Source of the DNA: a virus
Lineage: Duplodnaviria > Caudoviricetes
Direction: 5' to 3' (one strand)
DNA: 46,323 nucleotides
Virus record (IMG/VR): IMGVR_UViG_3300012352_000462
Coordinates: 1-46,323 of that record
In this document: in pieces, positions 6,241 to 14,060 of the stretch
Position numbering within the stretch: the first letter of the stretch is position 1
Layout: every line of letters starts with the position of its first letter
The notes under the pieces: model-generated
What the model was told of the DNA's origin: nothing
Seen by the model: the letters and a program-made list of their open reading frames with translations, nothing else
The model's database searches: none
Position numbers and translations under genes: made by a program

Positions 6241-6399
6241 TTAGCACTTGCACCTAACGATCTCAATGTGATCCTTATACACCTTGATAGCACCGAGGGT
6301 ATTACAAGACTGGCAAGCCAATACGCTTATCTTTGGCAACTTACCCAATGCCTTCTTTGCCATTACTGCTTTAGTGATTAGTGCTAGACCTACACCCAT
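6241..6399 (-). CDS. Basic Cys-containing microprotein, 52 aa (MGVGLALITK...CQSC...CKC)
   Basis: Start moved from 6504 to 6399 because an AAAAGGATAA SD and a promoter lie directly upstream of 6399. Confidence 0.75.
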   Translation of the reverse strand: MGVGLALITKAVMAKKALGKLPKISVLACQSCNTLGAIKVYKDHIEIVRCKC

Positions 6400-6426
6400 T
6401 AGATTATCCTTTTCCTTAGTAGTCTT

Positions 6427-6448
6427 ATTATAGTCTATGGCTAGGACA
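6427..6448 (-). promoter_or_regulatory. PafBC/RecA-NDp-like promoter 12
   Basis: TGTCCT-AGCCATAGAC-TATAAT. Confidence 0.65.
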
Positions 6449-6454
6449 TTTATC

Positions 6455-6565
6455 CTAGTGGATTTCTCCATACTCTGACCAGCAGATTTCGCAACCATAC
6501 TCATCAGCCTCCTTGATGAAAACCTTCTCTACTACTACATCGCATAGTTCGCAAACTGAAAACAT
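6455..6565 (-). CDS. Zn-ribbon microprotein, 36 aa (CELCD...CEICW)
   Basis: Own translation; AGAAAGGAAG SD. Confidence 0.75.
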   Translation of the reverse strand: MFSVCELCDVVVEKVFIKEADEYGCEICWSEYGEIH

Positions 6566-6610
6566 CTGTTTACTTCCTTTCTTTTTATTTCTATTTCTTT
6601 ATCTACTTAT

Positions 6611-6650
6611 ACATTAGTCGAAGGGTCAGACAAAGTCAAGACGACACGCC
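6611..6650 (-). promoter_or_regulatory. First promoter of the array: GACAC box plus -35 plus PafBC-like element (promoter 13)
   Basis: GGCGTGTCG-TC-TTGACT-T-TGTCTG-ACCCTTCGAC-TAATGT. Confidence 0.75.
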
Positions 6651-6870
6651 GATGAATCTAAAATATTTTTTGATGGCCACCCAGTGTGTGCGGACTATAA
6701 ATTTGACTTTTATTCTCCAGATCGTGTATCGTACATCTTTGCAAAATATTCAGATTTTCACAAATCTCATTTTTAAAATTTTTTTCAGATTTGCCATATA
6801 ATAGATATAGAAAGCGGAAGACCCAAAGCTGTGGGGGCACCAATTAATTAGCTGCAGCAGGTGATATTTA

Positions 6871-6915
6871 ATGGATTGTAGTTGCGATAACTGCTCATGT
6901 GGCAAGACTAACTAA
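6871..6915 (+). CDS. Putative 14-aa metallothionein-like micropeptide MDCSCDNCSCGKTN
   Basis: Own translation; AGGTGA SD upstream; CxC-x2-CxC. Confidence 0.45.
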   Translation: MDCSCDNCSCGKTN

Positions 6916-6929
6916 GTTATAATTAGTTT

Positions 6930-7895
6930 GTGCTATTTAATAAATTCTCTAAGAAAATCTTTGTATCCATAGCATCGCTAATGGACCTAGAACTAGAGCC
7001 TACTGTCATTGACATAATTGAAAAGGCAGACAACCCAGAAAGCCTATTTATCTCGGTATTCTCACAAGATGACAAACATCCTGATCTGGAATCTATTTTT
7101 GAGAAATATGGCATAACCAAATACTCCTATCGTAAAGTTCACTATAAAGAAGCTCGTGGTCTAGGATTTGCTAGATTTATGACATGGGCAGGGAATAGCA
7201 TTGAAGACTATAGATACTATCTTCAAATAGATAGCCATATGCGTTTTGACCAGGGATGGGATACAAATCTTATAAAATCCTATGAAAGACTAAAGCCTAT
7301 TTGGGGAGACTACGTCTTTAGTACATATCCACCATCGTACGAATATGATGAAAATGGCGAGGTACTTTTAATGAATGGACCTATCCCTCCCTGTCTAGAA
7401 TTAGTAAGAACTAAGGACTATCTAAAATTCGAAGCAAAATACTCTGAGTATCGTGGTGGGGATATTGGACAAGAAACAGGATATCTCTGTGGTGGATTTT
7501 CTTTTGGCTATTCAAAGATCTTCAATCTGGTGAAACCAGATCCTCTTATCTATTTTAATGGTGAAGAACACCTTTTAGCTATAAGATTACATCAAAATGA
7601 CATCAAAGTTGTATGTCCTCCATATGTGCCTATCTATCATGATTATGAGGGGGTACGAAGGAAGCGTGTTTGGGAAGTAAATCCCGAAAAGGAAAATATG
7701 CAACAAATGTCAAAGAGAAGAGTATTAGAATTCTATGCTGACATGCTTGATGACGAATTCGGGATTAAAGACCGTATGAGATATACAAGTTTCTTCTACA
7801 ACTTCGTAAGAAGATTTCCTTCTGAGCATGCACAATTGGGATTAGATGATCCTATGTATGACGAATGGATTGAAAAGTATCCTCACAAAGCGTAG
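6930..7895 (+). CDS. Glycosyltransferase, GT60/Gnt1-like polypeptide GlcNAc-transferase family
   Basis: IFVSIAS..D.EL, A.NPE, EARGLGFAR, YYLQIDSHMRFDQGWD, IYFNGEE motifs; leaderless TATAAT-N6-GTG. Confidence 0.8.
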   Translation: MLFNKFSKKIFVSIASLMDLELEPTVIDIIEKADNPESLFISVFSQDDKHPDLESIFEKYGITKYSYRKVHYKEARGLGFARFMTWAGNSIEDYRYYLQIDSHMRFDQGWDTNLIKSYERLKPIWGDYVFSTYPPSYEYDENGEVLLMNGPIPPCLELVRTKDYLKFEAKYSEYRGGDIGQETGYLCGGFSFGYSKIFNLVKPDPLIYFNGEEHLLAIRLHQNDIKVVCPPYVPIYHDYEGVRRKRVWEVNPEKENMQQMSKRRVLEFYADMLDDEFGIKDRMRYTSFFYNFVRRFPSEHAQLGLDDPMYDEWIEKYPHKA

Positions 7896-7981
7896 AACTG
7901 AATCTGACGGCTTTTTAGTATCTTTTGATATAGATTAGTGTCGAAACGCTTCTGAGGCATTCTGAGACGTTTGAGAGCTAT

Positions 7982-8182
7982 TTACCATTTGTCTAGAGGA
8001 CACTTTGCTTCATGCAAAGTAGTCTTCAATTTCATAAAGCAGCCACATTTCTTACACTTCATTAAGTTCTTATTTAAGAATGGGCATTCATTACATATAG
8101 CTAGACGTTCTTCTATTAGTTCTTTGTTACTTCTAGGTTCCCTCGGATCGAAGAGGTCAAAGAAAGTTACGTCTTTTGTCAT
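7982..8182 (-). CDS. Small Cys-rich protein (DUF6171-like), paralogue 1
   Basis: R..ICNECP...CKKCGCFM.LK......CP..KW. Confidence 0.8.
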   Translation of the reverse strand: MTKDVTFFDLFDPREPRSNKELIEERLAICNECPFLNKNLMKCKKCGCFMKLKTTLHEAKCPLDKW

Positions 8183-8868
8183 TCCTTAATTATATCAGTA
8201 TTTCTTCTGGAGACTATACCGTCTTCATCCCAGGTTGCTGGCTGCAAAATACTCTGTATTCCAATATGCCTAACTGTTTCTAGCTTATAGTTTGGGATTA
8301 TTACCTTTGTTCCCCTAACCATTTTGCCAAACCTGGCTTCATGGAATTCACCAAATGGATACTCGATGTCAAAGATACGCTTATTAAAGATCGATGGGTT
8401 CCAGGAGAAGAACCATGGATTATCAATCTTTGCATTATTTAGCACAACAGAATCATCGACAATACTGTATTCATACTTATCCATCGTATACTCCATATAT
8501 TTTTCATTTCTAGCAAATTTAACTTGGCACACATCTTTGTTTATTAGCGGTAGCAAGTTGTCAACATTAAGCTCATTTACTATCTCCCAGTCTTCCTCAA
8601 AAAATACAACGTTTTCATAAGGCAGCTGCTTAAATAACTTAAACATTATTCTTAGCACTGTAGAGTGTCTATCTTCTCCATAGTTAAAACCAAAGGATGG
8701 AAACTTAAGTGTGTGGTACCCATCATAATTTATTGTAGGTCCATCAGAGTTATCTATAATAAATTTTTTAGATATATTACCTTTTAGATTTTTGTTCAGT
8801 GAGGATATGGTTTTATCAAGGTAGTCTAATCTACCAGCTGTCAAAACTATCAGGCATGTATTGTTCAC
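8179..8868 (-). CDS. GT-A fold glycosyltransferase (GT2-like)
   Basis: LTAGRLDYL..TI.S, FIIDNSD, VVFFEEDW, FSWNPSI, VRHIG; leaderless TGCTAAAAT-N6-GTG. Confidence 0.75.
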   Translation of the reverse strand: MNNTCLIVLTAGRLDYLDKTISSLNKNLKGNISKKFIIDNSDGPTINYDGYHTLKFPSFGFNYGEDRHSTVLRIMFKLFKQLPYENVVFFEEDWEIVNELNVDNLLPLINKDVCQVKFARNEKYMEYTMDKYEYSIVDDSVVLNNAKIDNPWFFSWNPSIFNKRIFDIEYPFGEFHEARFGKMVRGTKVIIPNYKLETVRHIGIQSILQPATWDEDGIVSRRNTDIIKE

Positions 8869-8988
8869 TTACCAATTTTAGCATGGGACATGCTTTTGTT
8901 TGGTATAAAGACCTCTTATACCGCCGACCTTTACCGCCGAGCTAAAAAAACAAAAAGTTATCAAAAAGTAATTTATAATTGTTATATT

Positions 8989-9288
8989 ATGACCCCAGCC
9001 GAGACACTAAACATGCTTCTAGGAATTGTTATTTCTTTAGGAACAATCATCTCAATATCTGCCCTGGGAGTAAGATGGCTTGTTAAGCACTACTTTGATG
9101 AAATCAAGAAAGAGTTGAAGCCAAATAGCGGATCCAGCATGAAGGATCAGGTAACTCGTCTTGAAGCTCGTATGGATAAAGCAGATACTCTTAGAAAAGA
9201 TACACATGCAAGAGTTGAAAAGCTAGAAGGAAAAGTAGACGAGCTTTATGACAAACTTATTGAATACTTGTCTAGAAATAATAAGTAA
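8989..9288 (+). CDS. Membrane protein with N-terminal TM helix and coiled coil (holin-associated type)
   Basis: MTPAETLNMLLGIVISLGTIISISALGVRW...ELKPNSGSSMKDQVTRLE; start reassigned to 8989, downstream of TATAAT. Confidence 0.7.
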   Translation: MTPAETLNMLLGIVISLGTIISISALGVRWLVKHYFDEIKKELKPNSGSSMKDQVTRLEARMDKADTLRKDTHARVEKLEGKVDELYDKLIEYLSRNNK

Positions 9289-9533
9289 TATATATTATAT
9301 ATATTAAAGATATATATTAGTAAATTCAATAAACTCTTTACAGAGTTAATATGAATTAATAAATATAATAATCAATCAACCCTTTTATATCGTATCAATC
9401 TTTTAACCTTTGTCAAGTACTTTTTTAGTAACTTTTTTATAACGATTGTATATATAATAGATAATCTACAAAATAAAGTTCTTATCTCTTGATGTTTTAT
9501 ACAAAAACTATACTCTGACACTCGTTACATTTA
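9289..9533. other. AT-rich non-coding segment, candidate replication origin or control region
   Basis: Long TA runs, no ORF; minus-strand TTGACA-N16-TACGAT with an upstream GTAAC-N6-ATAAC box. Confidence 0.35.
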
Positions 9534-9547
9534 TGTTATAATTTAAT

Positions 9548-9603
9548 AAAGATCAGTATCTGGAACTCTCTCATACCCACCTTCCAGATGCTGGTCTTTT
9601 TTT
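9548..9603 (+). ncRNA. Stand-alone hairpin small RNA with C/U-rich loop and U-tail terminator
   Basis: TGTTATAAT at 9534-9542; 18-bp stem with G-U pairs; loop CUCUCUCAUACCCACC; poly-T follows. Confidence 0.6.
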
Positions 9604-9628
9604 ATTTTAATGATATAATGTAGTTACT

Positions 9629-10024
9629 ATGACATCTTCCTGTGGACCCGAAACTTTTGGTGCTGACCCAGTCATTCTAAAATGGCAGGTAGTCAGAGGC
9701 GATACTTCGCCATTACGTGTTCAATTTTTTGAAAACGACGAGTCCACAGCTTACGACACAGATTCCTGGGTATATGAATCATTTGTTTACGATGCCAAGG
9801 GAGACGTAGTCACAGAGCTTGCTACCGTTGCTGGTGACGGATATGTAGATATTATTGCAGCACCAGAGATTACACAGCTATGGGGTACTGGATATGCACC
9901 AGTCGTAGCTGAATTGGCTTTTGATTTGCAAGTCACAATTGATGGGGAAACCGTATGGACACCAGTTATTGGTACCATTGTTGTGCTTGGAGACGTTACA
10001 GGAGGTTTAAATGCCAACTATTAA
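9629..10024 (+). CDS. Virion-associated protein, Ig/BppU-N-like (VVRGDT motif)
   Basis: ORF track; resembles 12188-12595 (YYKGDT...YDVEI); first gene of the fibre cluster. Confidence 0.6.
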   Translation: MTSSCGPETFGADPVILKWQVVRGDTSPLRVQFFENDESTAYDTDSWVYESFVYDAKGDVVTELATVAGDGYVDIIAAPEITQLWGTGYAPVVAELAFDLQVTIDGETVWTPVIGTIVVLGDVTGGLNANY

Positions 10025-12149
10025 GATTGTACCAATGCCAGGAGTTTCAGTACCTGGCCCACAGGGACCAGCAGGTCAGCCAGGACCAGCAGGGCCAGCA
10101 GGCCCATCTGGACTATTTGAGGCAGTAAGAGTTGAAACTGGTGCCTACATACAACAAGAAACTACAAATATGAGCTTTGTAGTTTATCCACCATTAAGTA
10201 GTGGTTGGTCTATTGGACAAAGAGTAAGACTCTGGCATACAGATCTACAAGGACTCCATGTAGACGGAACTATAGATTACATAGCTGCAGAATTTAGAGA
10301 CTCATTTAGTATAGTTATTGATACCTATAATCTAAGTGGTATGGATACCCTAGAATATGATATGACATTGCTAACTGCTGGAACAGGTGCAGTAGATAGC
10401 CATGGAGACTTCCAGTTCACTGCTGCAACCGCTAATGTCAACAACTCACAATCACTAAGGCTGGAGTCTAGAAGGTGGGATGGAACACAGGCTTCTGCTT
10501 TAATTCTTAGTCCAGGTGATCCTTCTGCAGTTATTAATGCGACTAATATGCAGGGGTATCCATTTAGTAATCAGTGGTCTTCTGCTACTTGGAGTGGAGA
10601 AGCAGTTGATATTTTAGATGCCACAGACATTGTTGATTGGTTAAACCAAATAACTGGATACTCAAACATACAGCGTGTGATTATCAACCAAGGCACACCA
10701 ATAAATGTTACTGGTTTGAGCTGGACTCCAACAAATGTTCAGCTTGCCGTTGCTGTGCCAGCTGAAGACGTGACACAGATAACAGACATTACTTTTATAT
10801 ATTCAACTACATCTCAAATACGTGTTGATTATGATAATGATGCTATTGACATTATTGGAAACAAAATGGGCATCAACCTTACAACTACACAAGGTAGAGA
10901 CATTAACGTCACATCTTCTGACGATTTGCTTATTCAAACAGGAGATGATACATCTATTAGATCAGGTGGACATATTAACTTTGTGTCATCAGCAGATAAC
11001 AATAACTATGAGTGGAGAATGGAATCTAACGGTACTCTTGAATTTCCTGCTCGTGGACGGCTCAGGAACCCTGCAAACTCTTCTGGAGATGGAAACGGCT
11101 ATGATACATTTGAAATAATCCCAGACTTTAGTCGTTATGAATACGATCAATACCTAATCGTAGACCCTACTCAACCAAACCACATCCACATTCGCCCTGG
11201 CGGAACACAAGACGCATCTCTTGCAGAGCTTATCTTGGGTGGAGAATATACAAATGTCCGTGTCTCTGACTCTGGCGACAATGTAGTGATAAGCACACTT
11301 GGCACCGATGGCCCTCAGATTACAAATAATTACACAAATATAAATACAAGCAATGGTAACTTCATTACCTACGACTCAGCCGACATTCGTGTTGGTGGTT
11401 GGGTGTCTATAGATAGTGTTGATTGGGTAATTGCCGAGGTAATTCCTAACACACCATCAGCAGGACTAATAACTGTTGTAGCAGGTTCTGGACCAGGATT
11501 TGAGGCAGGAGCATCATACGATTTTACGTATGTAACAAAATACTCAAAAGAGTGGCAATTTACAAATAACGGATACCTAAACCTTCCATCAGGAAATCCA
11601 GTAATATCAAACCTGGCAGTACCAGGAGACATTACCATTGGTGCTTACAACGGAGTGAAGCTTTCTTTTGCAGATGTTCCAGGTGCAGGACTAAAATTCC
11701 CTGACGATACCGTTCAAACAACAGCTTATCCAGGCCCAGGGGCACTATTCCCACAGTCAGTAAACTGGACACCAGAAGTATCTGGAACTGGTTTTGTACA
11801 GACATCAAATCAGGCAACTGGTACATACCTAAAGTATGGCTCTATGGTTGTAGTAAATATGCTAGTTCCATTTACATCTGTCACTGATTTTGGTACTGGG
11901 CAATATTCCGTTACGCTACCGTTCGCTGCAAAGCAACATGCGGATGTCTTTGCTGGATCAATTCACAATACTGGACCAACAACAGATCACTACAGCCTAA
12001 AGGGTCACCTTTCTGCAGGGAATACTATAATGACATTGTGGTATATTTCTGGTAGTTCTAAGGATGAGCCATTCAAGCACAATGCACCAATTACTGTAAA
12101 CACAACAGATTTATTCCACATGCACTTCATTTATGAAATTCAGGAATAG
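10011..12149 (+). CDS. Tail fibre protein with N-terminal collagen-like repeat
   Basis: GPQGPAGQPGPAGPAGP; GLKFPDDTVQTTA linker; beta-rich C-terminal domain. Confidence 0.75.
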   Translation: MPTIKIVPMPGVSVPGPQGPAGQPGPAGPAGPSGLFEAVRVETGAYIQQETTNMSFVVYPPLSSGWSIGQRVRLWHTDLQGLHVDGTIDYIAAEFRDSFSIVIDTYNLSGMDTLEYDMTLLTAGTGAVDSHGDFQFTAATANVNNSQSLRLESRRWDGTQASALILSPGDPSAVINATNMQGYPFSNQWSSATWSGEAVDILDATDIVDWLNQITGYSNIQRVIINQGTPINVTGLSWTPTNVQLAVAVPAEDVTQITDITFIYSTTSQIRVDYDNDAIDIIGNKMGINLTTTQGRDINVTSSDDLLIQTGDDTSIRSGGHINFVSSADNNNYEWRMESNGTLEFPARGRLRNPANSSGDGNGYDTFEIIPDFSRYEYDQYLIVDPTQPNHIHIRPGGTQDASLAELILGGEYTNVRVSDSGDNVVISTLGTDGPQITNNYTNINTSNGNFITYDSADIRVGGWVSIDSVDWVIAEVIPNTPSAGLITVVAGSGPGFEAGASYDFTYVTKYSKEWQFTNNGYLNLPSGNPVISNLAVPGDITIGAYNGVKLSFADVPGAGLKFPDDTVQTTAYPGPGALFPQSVNWTPEVSGTGFVQTSNQATGTYLKYGSMVVVNMLVPFTSVTDFGTGQYSVTLPFAAKQHADVFAGSIHNTGPTTDHYSLKGHLSAGNTIMTLWYISGSSKDEPFKHNAPITVNTTDLFHMHFIYEIQE

Positions 12150-12187
12150 CATCTTTTGACGTGCTATAATAACTAGAGGAGTAAAAG

Positions 12188-12595
12188 ATGGCATTTCCAG
12201 GTACATATAATTTTAACTATTACAAAGGCGACACCTTTGAGTTTAAAATCTACCCAAAAACTGCATCAGGTGCAGTGTTCTCGATGAGTGCCTATAATCC
12301 AACCAGCGGTGCAAAATTTGTTATTGCTGAAGAGCGTGGATCTGCAGGTTATGCATCTCAGATTCCATGTACTGCAGTTATTTCTCAGGATGGAACATAT
12401 CTTACTTGTATCATTCAGCCATCTCAGGGTGCACAGCTAGATTCATCTATCGTATACCAGTATGACGTTGAGATTAGTCGTGTAGACCAGAGTTCTGGAA
12501 CTCCAATTACTTATACCTATACTCTACTTAATGGCTCTATCTCTGTAACCGATCAGATTGCTGGAGCAACACCACCATCTGGTAGTGGAGGATAA
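12188..12595 (+). CDS. Virion-associated protein, BppU-N-like
   Basis: YNFNYYKGDTF...YQYDVEI...LLNGSISV. Confidence 0.6.
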   Translation: MAFPGTYNFNYYKGDTFEFKIYPKTASGAVFSMSAYNPTSGAKFVIAEERGSAGYASQIPCTAVISQDGTYLTCIIQPSQGAQLDSSIVYQYDVEISRVDQSSGTPITYTYTLLNGSISVTDQIAGATPPSGSGG

Positions 12596-12597
12596 TC

Positions 12598-13584
12598 TTG
12601 GTAGACGTTTCTCAGACATCAAGCGATATATCCTTAGTTGGTGGACCATCAATAATTAATCTTGTTGTGGATGCAGGACCTGCTGGTCAGCGAGGTAGTC
12701 AGATTTATACTGGCCCTGGAAACCCAACTGACGCTATCGTTCAACTACCATCTGTTCAGATTAACGATATGTTTATCAATCTAAATCCAGAGAGCGGTGA
12801 CTACCTATACCTTTGGCAGTATAATAGCCAGGATGGAGTTATAGCTTGGAGAAAAGCACTTAGACTTATTCCAAACACAATCTTGGTTAATCCAGTAATT
12901 AAGTTTATAAATGGAATAGCACATACTACGGTAAAGTATAATGGCCTATTCGTAGATGTAAAGGGTATATATTTCCCATTGGCAGCTTTTGGTGAAACCA
13001 CAGACATTGAAAACATAAACCCAAGAGACTTTAACGTGCAGCTAAATCTAATTTCAGAAAAGGCTTCTGCATATTCGATGAACTTAAAAGAGATTTCTAA
13101 CCAGGTAGACATTGAGTACTTATACATTAATCCACTTAATCCACTAGATCCACTAAATGGAACATATCAAACGGTTACCAATTTTGACTTCCAGGCAAAC
13201 GTTCTAACCGCTGACCTAAATGCTGTTGAATACAATGGTACTGCTATGGCACCAATAACTGGCTATAGAATTGTCCATATCCTAGCAACTCTGGGTGGAA
13301 AGTCACAGACCCTACTTGAGTTTGATATTACAAATGTTAATGAAACACTAGAGCTTATCTCTATTCCAAACCACGGACTAGAGACTGGAAGCAGAGTTGT
13401 ATATCTCAAGAACCCAGTAGGAGCCTCTATAGGCGGTCTAACCGATCAAGACGAATACTTTGTATCACGAATAGACGAAGATACTATTATGTTGCTGAAT
13501 GATATGCTTCAGCCAGTTAACCTAACAATTGGTGCTGCAACAGGAACTCATTCGCTATCTATCCTAGGAGTTGGACTACAGTGA
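12598..13584 (+). CDS. Minor tail/baseplate-associated protein
   Basis: GPAGQRGS..Y.G.G.P motif; C-terminal PNHGLETG..VVY...IGGL....YFV repeat unit common in phage virion proteins. Confidence 0.6.
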   Translation: MVDVSQTSSDISLVGGPSIINLVVDAGPAGQRGSQIYTGPGNPTDAIVQLPSVQINDMFINLNPESGDYLYLWQYNSQDGVIAWRKALRLIPNTILVNPVIKFINGIAHTTVKYNGLFVDVKGIYFPLAAFGETTDIENINPRDFNVQLNLISEKASAYSMNLKEISNQVDIEYLYINPLNPLDPLNGTYQTVTNFDFQANVLTADLNAVEYNGTAMAPITGYRIVHILATLGGKSQTLLEFDITNVNETLELISIPNHGLETGSRVVYLKNPVGASIGGLTDQDEYFVSRIDEDTIMLLNDMLQPVNLTIGAATGTHSLSILGVGLQ

Positions 13585-14060
13585 CAGTAAATATTAACCC
13601 TAACTACGATCCAAATATCACTGGTAATGAGCTTTATAATACTCAAATACCAGCCCTCTCTGAAAACGCTAATATTCAAGAAGCTTTGAGAGTTTATCAC
13701 TATGGTGTAGGAACTGGTCTTCCAACAACTAATAGTCAGATTCAAGAGCAATCAATTGCAGGTCACCTTAAAAAGATTAAGACAGATATTGTAACTTTGC
13801 AAAACAAGGGGCTAGGATCTTCTTATGCCTCAAGCGAACCAACATCGATAGACAATGGTTATATTTGGGTAGACGCAGATTCTGCAGCTCCAATTTTTGG
13901 ATCACCACCAGCAACAATTCCATCTGTAGCTAGATATCAGAATACTGCTCCAAATACTAATTTAGTAGATGGAATGCTCTGGGTAGATAAAGACTCATCA
14001 CCATTAAAAATGTATGTGTATGACCTGTCAACTACTACTTGGAAAGAGATAGGTGCATAA
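13581..14060 (+). CDS. Tail fibre-associated protein
   Basis: Two P....G.IWVD-type repeats (EPTSIDNGYIWVD, APNTNLVDGMLWVD). Confidence 0.65.
   Translation: MTVNINPNYDPNITGNELYNTQIPALSENANIQEALRVYHYGVGTGLPTTNSQIQEQSIAGHLKKIKTDIVTLQNKGLGSSYASSEPTSIDNGYIWVDADSAAPIFGSPPATIPSVARYQNTAPNTNLVDGMLWVDKDSSPLKMYVYDLSTTTWKEIGA

Noticed and set aside
6241-6504. 87-aa ORF as given in the track
   Set aside because: The 5' extension runs through a promoter and overlaps the 6455-6565 ORF; the SD supports a start at 6399
410-6639. CRISPR array or integron attC interpretation of the recurring GGGTC(A/T)GACATT repeat
   Set aside because: Repeats are short, degenerate and irregularly spaced, and always sit 10 nt from a -10 box before an ORF; a promoter explains them better
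905-6843. ORF-track entries 905-1126, 3336-3617, 3598-3780, 3688-3903, 5487-5711, 6040-6381 and 6658-6843
   Set aside because: They overlap better-supported minus-strand genes or regulatory modules and lack initiation signals
8890-8988. N-terminal extension of the membrane protein
   Set aside because: It covers the divergent promoter region; 8989 follows a TATAAT
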